Shown piece after piece: positions 28,269-37,906 of a DNA stretch of 64,000 nucleotides (position 1 is the first letter of the stretch; every line of letters begins with the position of its first letter). The translations under genes were made by a program, and so were the position numbers. A model generated the notes under the pieces. The model searched no databases. It saw only the letters and a program-made list of their open reading frames with translations, and was not told the origin of the DNA. Source of the DNA: Promethearchaeota archaeon (lineage in GTDB: Archaea; Asgardarchaeota; Heimdallarchaeia; Hodarchaeales; Hodarchaeaceae); NCBI GenBank assembly GCA_048938105.1, contig JBHLMN010000020.1:32001-96000 (forward strand), in the 5' to 3' direction.

Positions 28269-28469
28269 GTGGATAAACAAATGGATTTGAGAAATAATTC
28301 CACACGATTAGGCTTAATTTCAATATTCCTGCTAGGATTTATGTTACTTATATTCTCACCTAAAATTTCACTGGCAAATGATGATCCATCTGGCATTAGT
28401 GTTGAATTTGGAGACGTTATTAGTCTTAATTATACTCTTTGGGTAGAAAACATCATGACTGATTTTTAA
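28269..28469 (+). pseudogene. Probable truncated remnant of a secreted FKBP-type peptidyl-prolyl isomerase
   Basis: Signal peptide, then VEFGDVISLNYTLWVE resembling the first FKBP strand, then a stop; no continuation before convergent xth. Confidence 0.45.
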
Positions 28470-28532
28470 GAATTACAAAAATATGAATAATATGATTCTA
28501 AAGATTAAAAATGAAACTCCTTAAAAGACTCC

Positions 28533-29291
28533 TTATCCATCTATTATTATTCCAATTGGCGCATGATCCGATCCCATCACATCTTTTAATATAAATGCGG
28601 ATTTTAACAGTTCTCGAAATTCCTTATTTATGATAAAATAATCAATTCGCCACCCAATGTTTCTAGATCTAGCATTGTATCGATAAGTCCACCAAGTATA
28701 TTGTTCGGGAGACTGATTAAATTCTCTAAATGTATCAATATAACCATGTTCCAGTAATTCAGTGAAAAAAGCCCGTTCCTGAGGTGAAAATCCTGCATTA
28801 TTTTGATTTTCTTTAGGATTCGTGAGATCAATCTCTTTATGAGCAACATTAAAATCTCCACAGACAATTAAAGCTTTCTTTTTTCTAAGATTTTCAAGAT
28901 ATTTTAACACTGCTTGATTAAATCGTAATTTAAAATCAATTCGTTTTAACTCCCGTTGAGCATTTGGAAAATACATATTTATTAAGTAGAATCTCTCATA
29001 TTCTAATTGCAGAAATCTACCCTCATCATCAAATTTCTTGTTTCCAAGTTCTTTAGATATTGAAAGTGGTTTCTGTTTAGAAAATGTTGCTACTCCACTA
29101 TACCCTTTCTTTTTTGCTGAACTCCAATAGATATTATATTCAGGAATATCAAAGGAAAAAGAAATTTGATTTGGTTGAGCTTTGGTTTCTTGAATGCATA
29201 GGATATCAGGATTTCTTTGTTTTATCCATTCTATGAATCCTTTGTTGATACAAGCTCTGATTCCATTAACATTCCATGAAAGAAGTTCCAT
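28533..29291 (-). CDS. xth: Exodeoxyribonuclease III / AP endonuclease
   Basis: SWNVNGIRA, IQETK, GYSGVA, GDFNVAH, GWRIDYF, SDHAP. Confidence 0.96.
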   Translation of the reverse strand: MELLSWNVNGIRACINKGFIEWIKQRNPDILCIQETKAQPNQISFSFDIPEYNIYWSSAKKKGYSGVATFSKQKPLSISKELGNKKFDDEGRFLQLEYERFYLINMYFPNAQRELKRIDFKLRFNQAVLKYLENLRKKKALIVCGDFNVAHKEIDLTNPKENQNNAGFSPQERAFFTELLEHGYIDTFREFNQSPEQYTWWTYRYNARSRNIGWRIDYFIINKEFRELLKSAFILKDVMGSDHAPIGIIIDG

Positions 29292-29338
29292 ATTTTAATT
29301 TCGTCCCTTATTTATTATTGAGACTTGATTTATTAAAT

Positions 29339-31147
29339 TTAGAGATCTCGATAGAAGTCTTTGAAAAATGAATGAACATATCTATAAATGATTAAAATCA
29401 TAACTAGAAACTCTATCCCGAGAACTACCCAAGCGTGAATGGATGGAAGTATTGGATCAGCAATTAGGAATGAATAGGCTAAGGTGAAGCCAAAAAGCAC
29501 AGCTAAGGGGGCTGCATATAGCAGCAGAATGATGTTTACCCATAAAATGACCCTCTTCAAAGTTTTCGGATTTGCGCCTAAGAGTTGAAGAATTCTTAGG
29601 TCTTTGATAAGTATAACTCTAGCTATCAATCCTGAATAAGCAACTAGAGAAAGTCCTGCAGAGATCATCGCTGGAATAAAGGCCGTTGTCGATATTACCC
29701 AAAAAGAATTACTGAAGGTAAAATATTTTTCTTTGTAGATATCTAAGAAAAAATATGTTAATGAAGATTCTTCAACTAGATTGATCATTTTTTCATCTGG
29801 TTTTTCAATGAATACCACATTCTTAACGGTTTTATCCTGAAGGTCTTTCATTTCAGCCAATTTGGTAGAATCCATATAGACACAATGTCCGCGAGCAAAT
29901 GGATCCATGATCACTCCCTCAATATTGAAACGATTTGTAATGAACTCACCTTTCGGAATGAAAGCTGCTACTATTTCTTGATTTAGATAAGATTGAAGCA
30001 TCCCATCACCTATTTGAGCATTCTTTTCTCTTGGAGGAGTGATATAGGCGCCATAATAGTCAAATATCGAGAATGTGGACTCACTAATTCCCCAATAATA
30101 AGTTTCCATTGTTTTATTTCCCCCTCCAAGTATTGTTCCGTTTGGTAGAGTTTTAATGTCAGTTATCATTCTGATTGTACCTTTTAATAATAGTCTGGCC
30201 TCGAATGTACAATTTTCTGGTAATTTTTCAACAAACGAAGGTGGAATAAAATAGCTAGAATCAATAAATGAAAATTGAAGTTCATTAGAGGGATCATAGA
30301 GTTCACGCAATATTGGTTCTAGCTCAGGTGGGGTAACAACACAAATATTTGTGCCATAACCTCGTTCAATATATGAATTCGTTGTGTTATTGATTATATT
30401 CCCCCCCAGAACTCCGAATGTGGTCAGAAATATAAGCATAAAAGTTCCTCCAATCATTACCCATGATAAAACTTTGGATCTTTTATTGAAGAGATAAGCT
30501 AGTCGAAAACCGATTTTTCCTCGCATTGACATCCCCCAAATCTTGTCTTGATCAACATCTATAACTTCAAACTGACCATCAATTATTTCACTGAATTTCT
30601 TTCTAATGAGTAGGTTGACAATGAATCCAGCAGCAAAATACGTACCAATGATTTGACAGCCAATATAAAGAAAGCCAAAAGATAAATTCAAAGTTTCTAC
30701 AATATTCACTGCTTCAAGTCTTAATATGACTGTTAAAATGGAAAGTCCAACGATACCTCCAATCCATCCTACTAATCCAGCAATGAGCGTCATTATGAAG
30801 ATTTGAGCCAAAGGGATCCTCTGAATTCGTTTGAATGTTCCACCTAATGCAAGTAAAATAGCCAAGTCATCCATTCTAGCTACAGTAAGTAAACTACTTA
30901 AAATGGCAGCGATTATCACACTGGTCACTACTGCAAAAGCCAATAGAAAATTAAGATAACCGTGGAAGATTTGGATGATCGAATTGTTAAAATATGCTTG
31001 CGATTTTCCTATTTGAGCTTGGATAACAACAGCTAGACCATACATAATCATTCCTGAAGCAGTTATGCAAGACTGTACAGTAATGAATAGTAAAGATCTT
31101 TGCTTTTGTCTCCAAATGTCTTTTAGAGCAAGATTAAGACTACCCAT
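29339..31147 (-). CDS. FtsX/MacB-like ABC permease
   Basis: LALKDIWRQKQRS start, two FtsX-like TM blocks (AILLALGG, ILQLLGA); downstream of LolD-like ATPase. Confidence 0.8.
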   Translation of the reverse strand: MGSLNLALKDIWRQKQRSLLFITVQSCITASGMIMYGLAVVIQAQIGKSQAYFNNSIIQIFHGYLNFLLAFAVVTSVIIAAILSSLLTVARMDDLAILLALGGTFKRIQRIPLAQIFIMTLIAGLVGWIGGIVGLSILTVILRLEAVNIVETLNLSFGFLYIGCQIIGTYFAAGFIVNLLIRKKFSEIIDGQFEVIDVDQDKIWGMSMRGKIGFRLAYLFNKRSKVLSWVMIGGTFMLIFLTTFGVLGGNIINNTTNSYIERGYGTNICVVTPPELEPILRELYDPSNELQFSFIDSSYFIPPSFVEKLPENCTFEARLLLKGTIRMITDIKTLPNGTILGGGNKTMETYYWGISESTFSIFDYYGAYITPPREKNAQIGDGMLQSYLNQEIVAAFIPKGEFITNRFNIEGVIMDPFARGHCVYMDSTKLAEMKDLQDKTVKNVVFIEKPDEKMINLVEESSLTYFFLDIYKEKYFTFSNSFWVISTTAFIPAMISAGLSLVAYSGLIARVILIKDLRILQLLGANPKTLKRVILWVNIILLLYAAPLAVLFGFTLAYSFLIADPILPSIHAWVVLGIEFLVMILIIYRYVHSFFKDFYRDL

Positions 31148-31153
31148 TTTGCC

Positions 31154-31864
31154 TCAATCCGCTTCATAAGGAACTAATTTTCCATTAATGGGAGTATAAA
31201 TTTTATCCGCTAAAGGAAAAAGTTTTCTTTCGTGCGTAACTACTATGAGGTTTTTTTGTCCTTTTAAGTTGGTTAATTTGTTAATAATGATGTTTGTAGT
31301 CTGTGTATCTTGATTCGAAGTTGGTTCATCAATAAGTAATAAGTCAGGATCCAAGACCAATGCTCGGATAAATGCTGTTCTCTGATACTCCCCTCCCGAT
31401 ATCATAACTGGTAGTGAATTGGCTCTTTCATCGAGTTTAAATTCTTCCAGAAGCTTCCAAGCTCTCTCATTATACTCTCCATCTAAATCTTTTTTTTCTG
31501 CAAGTTCAACTGGTAACATTACATTCTCTAGTACTGTCAATGATTCTATTAAATGACCCGTTTGAAAAACAAAACCAACGTACACAGATCTAAAAAGTGC
31601 TAGCGCTTCTTCTTCCATTGTATTTAAATTATGATTCAAAACTTCGATGTTTCCCTCGTCTACTCGAGTCAATCCCCCAATAACTGATAAAAATGTTGAT
31701 TTTCCTGATCCTGAGGGCCCAGAAATTATTGTAAATTCATTCTCATAACATTGAAAGTCTAATTCATCCAGAATAGTGATCTTTGTTTTGCCAATCGTAA
31801 AGACTTTTGTTACATTAGAAACTTGAATTGCAATCAGGTTTGTATTATTTGAGGTGATAGCCAT
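31154..31864 (-). CDS. ABC ATP-binding protein, LolD/MacB-type
   Basis: GPSGSGKS, VGFVFQ, ISGGEYQR, DEPTSN, VTHE. Confidence 0.93.
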   Translation of the reverse strand: MAITSNNTNLIAIQVSNVTKVFTIGKTKITILDELDFQCYENEFTIISGPSGSGKSTFLSVIGGLTRVDEGNIEVLNHNLNTMEEEALALFRSVYVGFVFQTGHLIESLTVLENVMLPVELAEKKDLDGEYNERAWKLLEEFKLDERANSLPVMISGGEYQRTAFIRALVLDPDLLLIDEPTSNQDTQTTNIIINKLTNLKGQKNLIVVTHERKLFPLADKIYTPINGKLVPYEAD

Positions 31865-32021
31865 TGCAATCTCTCATGAATTAGATTCCTTTTTAAGAAT
31901 ATTTTATTAATTGTGGTACAATTATTCTACTAAATTTAATTTTTTTATTCTAGTACAATCTTTTGACTGCACAATAGAAAAAAATTATAACATTAGGAAT
32001 TTAATTACGAATTGACAAGCA

Positions 32022-32918
32022 GTGAGTGTGATTCCTTCGAAAAAATCCCAGATAAAAGTAATTTATGTTTTTCTGGTTTTAATGCTGTTTTTCCATTCAA
32101 TTCAAGTTCTTTCTTTTAGAGATCCTCTCTCTCAAAATGGAGATGAAAATACTCCCTCTTGTAATACTGGTTCTGAGGTAGACATTCTGATCTTTATGAT
32201 GGGGAGAGAAATTAATTATGGTACTAGTAGTTGTATAGCTATTTCTCTTGAATCAATTTTGAATAATCAGATAACTAAACCAGATAATTATCTAATGACT
32301 TTTCATGAGTTACAATCATCAGTTAAAGCCCAACTTTCTCAAATAACATCATTTCTTTTAATAAGTGGAGAATTATTTGGATTAAAAGACCCAGTTCATG
32401 GTTTTCTATTAGTAATCGGTATAATATCAAGTGATATGCAAAAATATCAAGAAACAAAGAAGGAATCAATAAGAAACAGAAATCGTTACAATATCAAAAG
32501 AACGATTAATGAGAGTCCAGGTATCAGGCTTCGAGAAATCCAGCGAATCACCAATCTCGCCATGGGAGTAATTCAATATCATATCCGTTATCTTGAATCT
32601 GGAGAAATTGAATCGTTTAGATTAGGTAAGTGTAAACATTTCTTTGTAAGTGATGCTAAGTTTTCTCAGGAACAAAAAGTCTGGTTTTCTCTCAATAGGA
32701 ATCAGAATATCAGAAAAATTCTGGAATTTTTGGAGACCCCTACTGGCCAATGTTCTCAGAAAGATCTTTCTCAATTTACAGGGAATAGCAAATCTCTCAT
32801 TTCATATTATGTTAAAATTCTCCGATTTAACGGTATCATTGAAGTGAAAAATCATCAAATACAAATCTCTGAAGATTATATTGGAATAAATCATAAATTA
32901 TTTCGGGAGAAAATATGA
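32022..32918 (+). CDS. Membrane-anchored double winged-helix transcriptional regulator
   Basis: Hydrophobic N-terminal and internal segments; PGIRLREIQR..NLAMGVIQYHI and SQKDLSQF....KSLISYYVKIL. Confidence 0.75.
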   Translation: MSVIPSKKSQIKVIYVFLVLMLFFHSIQVLSFRDPLSQNGDENTPSCNTGSEVDILIFMMGREINYGTSSCIAISLESILNNQITKPDNYLMTFHELQSSVKAQLSQITSFLLISGELFGLKDPVHGFLLVIGIISSDMQKYQETKKESIRNRNRYNIKRTINESPGIRLREIQRITNLAMGVIQYHIRYLESGEIESFRLGKCKHFFVSDAKFSQEQKVWFSLNRNQNIRKILEFLETPTGQCSQKDLSQFTGNSKSLISYYVKILRFNGIIEVKNHQIQISEDYIGINHKLFREKI

Positions 32919-33094
32919 TTTTATCTTTCGAGAATTTCTAGCTATATCACGATTTCTTTACATTTTATCCAAAACCATTCTATTAGTTTCTCCCACAAAG
33001 TATTTTCTTAGAGAAAGTTTAGTCTGGCTTTAATAGTTGTATTGAACAAGCTTATTTTATAATAAAAACTATTGAGACTTTTCATTATTCATTC

Positions 33095-33820
33095 TTGGTG
33101 AAAAAAGTAATGCAAATTGTGAAGAAGGAAGAAGCTTGGATTGAAGAACACCCACCACAAAAAATCTATCCTGAAACATATACAATTCGCAATGTTTGGA
33201 CAGCTAATGTGGATTTGTTAAAAAATCTTTTGACTAATCCCAAACGTGCAATGGAATTCCCATTCTGGATTTATCTGACTTTATTCCTTTCGACTCTGAC
33301 AATTTTCTCGACCTTTCATTCCACCTTAGTGATCTTAACCTCAAAATTTGCATCTTATGAATTCATTACGTTCACAACTGGTTTGATTCGAATTTTTAGC
33401 GCTACAATTATAGCTATTCTAATAGCAATTCCTGGGGTTGTTCTATTATGGGTGGTTACTCCTCAGATTTCATTTGTGTCGACATTCAAACGATTTCTAT
33501 TCTATTACGAGACTGTGATTCTTTTTTCATTATTAGGAGAGATATTCTTCTGTAAATTCATTATCGATAGTTCAATGAAAATCCAACCTCTTGTTATCAT
33601 TCTAGCTGGAGCCTTAGCCATCAATAGTCTACAGAAAGGTCTCGAAAATGAACCCAATATTCAGTTAACTCGCTTTTTAATCATAGGAATCTTATTGTTT
33701 AGCTATTTACAAGCATTTCTAATTGTGGATGAACTAATACCTTATTATTTACAAGATAACATTGACAGTCCAATTACCATTATCATTAAGAAGATTTTTG
33801 AATTACTTTTTCAGAGTTGA
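33095..33820 (+). CDS. Hypothetical multi-pass membrane protein (possibly Yip1-like)
   Basis: About 5 TM; LLTNPKRAME before TM1. Confidence 0.6.
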   Translation: MVKKVMQIVKKEEAWIEEHPPQKIYPETYTIRNVWTANVDLLKNLLTNPKRAMEFPFWIYLTLFLSTLTIFSTFHSTLVILTSKFASYEFITFTTGLIRIFSATIIAILIAIPGVVLLWVVTPQISFVSTFKRFLFYYETVILFSLLGEIFFCKFIIDSSMKIQPLVIILAGALAINSLQKGLENEPNIQLTRFLIIGILLFSYLQAFLIVDELIPYYLQDNIDSPITIIIKKIFELLFQS

Positions 33821-33849
33821 ACGATTTCTGTGCTAAAAAGAAAATAAAA

Positions 33850-34656
33850 TTAGTCTATTTTAAAACCACAATCTTCTAGGAGTGTGATAAATGGTTTCTC
33901 CCCCCAGCGGCCTTGTACCATTTTTCGACTAATATGTTCTGACCAAGAGTATATATCATAATCGATTTTGTCGTCTCCTAATTCCTTTTTTAATGGTATC
34001 TTTGCCTTCTGTTTGATATAATATCCTTGCTCAAAATAACCCTTATCCATCTTTTCCATACATTCTTGAACTTCTTCTTCTGTTAGATCTTTATACTGGT
34101 CTTCAAATGCTATGTATTTCAATGGATATCGAGGTCTAATATCCATCAAGGCTGATGGGTCAGGATAACCAATACATAACCCTATTATTGGAAAAACTCT
34201 TGGAGGAACATTAAATAGCTCATTTATTTGTTTCCACTGATTAGGAACCGCTCCTAATAATACTGAGCCAAGACCAAGTGCTTCAGCAGTTAAAATTATA
34301 TTCTCTACGACTAACGTGGCATCTTGTATTGCTAACCAAATTAGGTTTATATCATCATAGTCATATGTGTATCCCCTTTGATTAATGATTTTCTCGATCT
34401 TTCTAGCGTCCACGAAGAAGAACATCAATAATTTTGTAGTCGGATACACCCCACACCGAATGTTTTTCTCTTTAATTATCTCAGGATTCCTAGTATAAAT
34501 TATACTGTATAATTGGGCTGCAAATGGTGCTCTAACCCCTGCTTTAAGGAGAGTCTCAAGAACTTCGTCCGAAATTGCTTTATCGGTGAATTTTCTTATT
34601 GAACGACGATTGTGAATAATTTTAAATATATCTTGAGTGCTATTCAGTCCATTCAA
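33850..34656 (-). CDS. Nitroreductase family (NfsA/Frp-like)
   Basis: NRRSIRKF, AEALGLGSV, GLCIGYP, RPRYP. Confidence 0.9.
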   Translation of the reverse strand: MNGLNSTQDIFKIIHNRRSIRKFTDKAISDEVLETLLKAGVRAPFAAQLYSIIYTRNPEIIKEKNIRCGVYPTTKLLMFFFVDARKIEKIINQRGYTYDYDDINLIWLAIQDATLVVENIILTAEALGLGSVLLGAVPNQWKQINELFNVPPRVFPIIGLCIGYPDPSALMDIRPRYPLKYIAFEDQYKDLTEEEVQECMEKMDKGYFEQGYYIKQKAKIPLKKELGDDKIDYDIYSWSEHISRKMVQGRWGEKPFITLLEDCGFKID

Positions 34657-34689
34657 TTTATCATCAACTCTAATACGTTATTTAGATAG

Positions 34690-35283
34690 TTAAGATACAA
34701 ATATACCACATTTAGTGCAGAAAGTTACTCCAGGAGGAAGAGATGACCCACACTTTTTACATACCAATTCAGTCGCGGATTCTGATGCAGCTTCATCAAT
34801 ACCCAAGTATTTCTTGAGTACTAAAATGAAGTTCATACTTGCGGGATAGGAAAAAGCATTTAAATCCAATTTCACTGTATCTTGATCTTTTAAATGGAGT
34901 TCTAACCATGTAATTGATACTGGTATTCCTCCTCGTGACGTACGAACTGCAATATTTCCAATACTAGCAATATTTTCAATGTAAATAGTTCTAGATCCTA
35001 AAAAGCCCTTAATCACTATCCTTTCTGATGAATAAATAAGTTTTCTACCTAACATACGCCATACAAATAAAATAGCAATAAGAAGAAAAATAATCCCTAA
35101 TAAGAAGTAAATTATTACGCCATTTACAGTTGTTTGTTCAAGACTGGTGAGAATCATAAATAATCCTATTAGTACAAATAAAAAACCAAAGATCAGAGTG
35201 AAAAGTTTTATTATTATACTAGTACCTTCCATTTGTTCCATGTTATTACCGATTCTTTGAGAATTGTTTTGTGTTTTTTTCAT
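34690..35283 (-). CDS. Two-TM membrane protein with PH-like domain and C-terminal zinc ribbon
   Basis: Two TM helices, beta-rich middle, CKKCG...FCTKCG. Confidence 0.7.
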   Translation of the reverse strand: MKKTQNNSQRIGNNMEQMEGTSIIIKLFTLIFGFLFVLIGLFMILTSLEQTTVNGVIIYFLLGIIFLLIAILFVWRMLGRKLIYSSERIVIKGFLGSRTIYIENIASIGNIAVRTSRGGIPVSITWLELHLKDQDTVKLDLNAFSYPASMNFILVLKKYLGIDEAASESATELVCKKCGSSLPPGVTFCTKCGIFVS

Positions 35284-35475
35284 TTATATTGACATCCTGA
35301 TTTCCTGGGTTCTTTATAATCATTGATTGCTTTAACCATAGGAATAATAGATAAAAATGAGTCAATTATTCTTTATAAAGCCTTTAGAGGATAATAGATT
35401 CCGATTTGACTATTTTAAAAGACAGAATCTATGTAAAAATAAAACCTTCGTAATGAAACAAGATTAAATCTCGGA

Positions 35476-36291
35476 TTATGATTTCATAGGAACACTCAAT
35501 TGGATTTTAAATCGGTCGTAAGAAATGAGTAAAATAGCAAGAGTACGTAAAATTGTTGTTAATTCTCTTTCTAACTCTAATGATTTAATAAAATGACATT
35601 TAATACCAAAACCATAGTTACCTCTTGTAATTGGAACTAAATTATCAATAAATGCTTGAACGGTTTTGTTTAATTCTTTTTCAGGCACAGTACCAGCAGT
35701 GATATTATTTTCTAGAACTACTATAACAAATGGAATTGGACCTAATCCGTTATAACTCCATAATTCAGATATATGTTTATTTATTATTGTGTGAATGTCA
35801 GTTGTATCTGCAAAGGGGGGAAGAATAATAATTCCAGCGTCGGAACCGCTTAATTCCATTTTCACTTCTTCAGAGTGTTTAGTGGTCACTACGGTTTTCA
35901 ACGAATATTCTAGTTGTCTACCTCCCACAGTTAAAGACTTCACTAAAGCTTTGAAGTTCTCAATTGAGGAATCGAGACTTATGATTGAAATTTGGTACTG
36001 ATGAACAGGTTCTTCAATTTCTTGGACTTCAGTGGGAGGTGTTGAAATTTTTTCAGAAATAATCTCCATAAGTTTTTCCTCCTTAGGAGATACCTGACGG
36101 GTTGCCCTAGTGAGGGATGTATGTTTTGAAAAACCATTAAGATCAATCCCTAATCGTTTTTCCCCATCTTCGTCTTCAATTAGGTTCCCCTGTTGAATTT
36201 TCATTAGCGTATTATAAATTGAAGAGGTACTTGATGTACTTAACAAATATTCGATTTTCTTCAAATTAAGCTGTTCATCTGAATTTGCCAT
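35476..36291 (-). CDS. Hypothetical protein with degenerate small-GTPase-like C-terminal domain
   Basis: SGSDAGIIIL...HISELWSYNGLGPIPFVIV resembles beta4-alpha3-beta5 of Rab-like GTPases; no P-loop; ATG 36291 follows GGTGA (track start 36345). Confidence 0.55.
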   Translation of the reverse strand: MANSDEQLNLKKIEYLLSTSSTSSIYNTLMKIQQGNLIEDEDGEKRLGIDLNGFSKHTSLTRATRQVSPKEEKLMEIISEKISTPPTEVQEIEEPVHQYQISIISLDSSIENFKALVKSLTVGGRQLEYSLKTVVTTKHSEEVKMELSGSDAGIIILPPFADTTDIHTIINKHISELWSYNGLGPIPFVIVVLENNITAGTVPEKELNKTVQAFIDNLVPITRGNYGFGIKCHFIKSLELERELTTILRTLAILLISYDRFKIQLSVPMKS

Positions 36292-36483
36292 GTTCATCAC
36301 CAAAGTAACACTCGTACTTTTATCTTTATGGATATTTTTACACAAAAGAGCTTGCCATTAATTACTATCTCATGTTAGAAATTTTACTTATATTTAAAAA
36401 GCTATTAATAAGAGAAAGTTTTTTTCTTTGAATAAATAAGCTAGAAGTATTCATCTGTAAGAAAACAGCAAGTGGAAATGTAG

Positions 36484-37011
36484 ATGAGCGAGTTCGGGTT
36501 ACAAGATGAATTTTCTTTAAGAATATCAGTTCTAAGTCACCCTGATGGCTATGCTAGTCAATTAATTAAGCTATTGCTAGAGAAATATTCCGATCAGTCC
36601 ACTCATGAAAATATATCCGTCATATCCGCGAATATTTCCACTATAAAGTTATTTATATTGAATAATCCTGTTAAAATCATCTTAATTCAACCAATAAGTC
36701 AATATTTCACAAATAAATTACATTCACGTTTTTACAAATCCCTAGCTGCAATGATTTTATTTTTTGACCATGATTCAGAAGTAGCTGCTAAAGTATTTTA
36801 TCAAATCTATAGAAAAATAGCTGGAACAACTAATCCAGTGGCTTTTGTGGAAGTCATAAATGATTCTAATAAGGAAATATTAATTAATGAACCAGAAATT
36901 TTGGAAAATGCTCCGTATGAGGCTTATCATAGCATCAAGAGTGATGATGTAAACTCTTTTCAACGAATTTTAGAATCTCTTGTTAATCAATGTTACAAAA
37001 AGGAACATTGA
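36484..37011 (+). CDS. Degenerate Rab/Ras-like small GTPase fold (pseudo-GTPase)
   Basis: 175 aa colinear with Rab fold (LRISVLS, VISANISTIKL, PVKIILIQ, RFYKSLAAMILFFD, NPVAFV); G1, G3 and G4 motifs absent. Confidence 0.65.
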   Translation: MSEFGLQDEFSLRISVLSHPDGYASQLIKLLLEKYSDQSTHENISVISANISTIKLFILNNPVKIILIQPISQYFTNKLHSRFYKSLAAMILFFDHDSEVAAKVFYQIYRKIAGTTNPVAFVEVINDSNKEILINEPEILENAPYEAYHSIKSDDVNSFQRILESLVNQCYKKEH

Positions 37012-37049
37012 ATATTATATCTTAATTCGTAGTTCTACGGTGTTTTAAG

Positions 37050-37850
37050 TTGAATGATTCGAAAACCTCTCCTGATACTAATTCTACTGTTTTATTTCAG
37101 ATTGAGGATCAAATTGCAACAATAACAATTAATCGGCCTGAAAAAAGGAATGCTTTGCGCATGAAAGAGTTTGAAGAGTTAATTGAAAGTATTAAAAAGG
37201 CTGATAACGATCCCAATGTTCATGTAATTCGTATACGTTCTTCAGGAAGCAATGCTTTCTCTGCAGGTTTAGATTTAAATATGTTACAACAATTAACTCT
37301 TGAAGAAGTTCCCAAACTTGTCCAATACGGTGAAAATTTAGCAAGAACCATATTGAAAGCGAAGAAACCAGTCATTAATCAAGTTCAAGGACCCGCTGTT
37401 GCATGGGGTACAATCTTGTGTTTGGCAGCTGATTTTGTCATAGCAGGAGAAAACCCTAAGACTTTCTTTTCATTACCTGAAATTGATATCAATCTTTTTC
37501 CAGCAACAGGGGCTCTCACGATGGTGTTGTTTAAGATTGGATACAAACATGCCAAAAAAATATTGATGGTTCCTGAAAGGTTGTTTATAGATCAAGCTAA
37601 AGAAATCGGATTAGTTACGTTAACCTGTCCACTAGAAACTCTAGAACAGACTACAATCGAATTTTGTCAAAATTTGTCAAATAAACCTCAAGGAATCCTC
37701 ATACCAATTAAGATATTGCTTAACAACTTTCTGATAAAGGATTTAGAGTCCTATTTGGAAGTAGAAAAGGAAGCTCTCGAATTGGCAATGACTGGTGATC
37801 TAGATAAGTTTGATGGCTTTATCAAAAACCTTTGGAGCTCTACTAAGTGA
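37050..37850 (+). CDS. Enoyl-CoA hydratase/isomerase (crotonase) family
   Basis: ITINRPEKRNAL, AFSAGLDL, KPVI..V.G.A, LAADF, LPE. Confidence 0.92.
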   Translation: MNDSKTSPDTNSTVLFQIEDQIATITINRPEKRNALRMKEFEELIESIKKADNDPNVHVIRIRSSGSNAFSAGLDLNMLQQLTLEEVPKLVQYGENLARTILKAKKPVINQVQGPAVAWGTILCLAADFVIAGENPKTFFSLPEIDINLFPATGALTMVLFKIGYKHAKKILMVPERLFIDQAKEIGLVTLTCPLETLEQTTIEFCQNLSNKPQGILIPIKILLNNFLIKDLESYLEVEKEALELAMTGDLDKFDGFIKNLWSSTK

Positions 37851-37906
37851 TGAGAGGAAAGCTTGATGAGGTTCAAATCTCTTTAGAGTTCTATTAATAG
37901 GTGTGA

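Noticed and set aside
33095-33820. Yip1-type Rab-interacting protein linked to the pseudo-GTPases
   Set aside because: Resemblance is limited to topology and one short motif; prokaryotic Yip1-like proteins are common and two genes intervene
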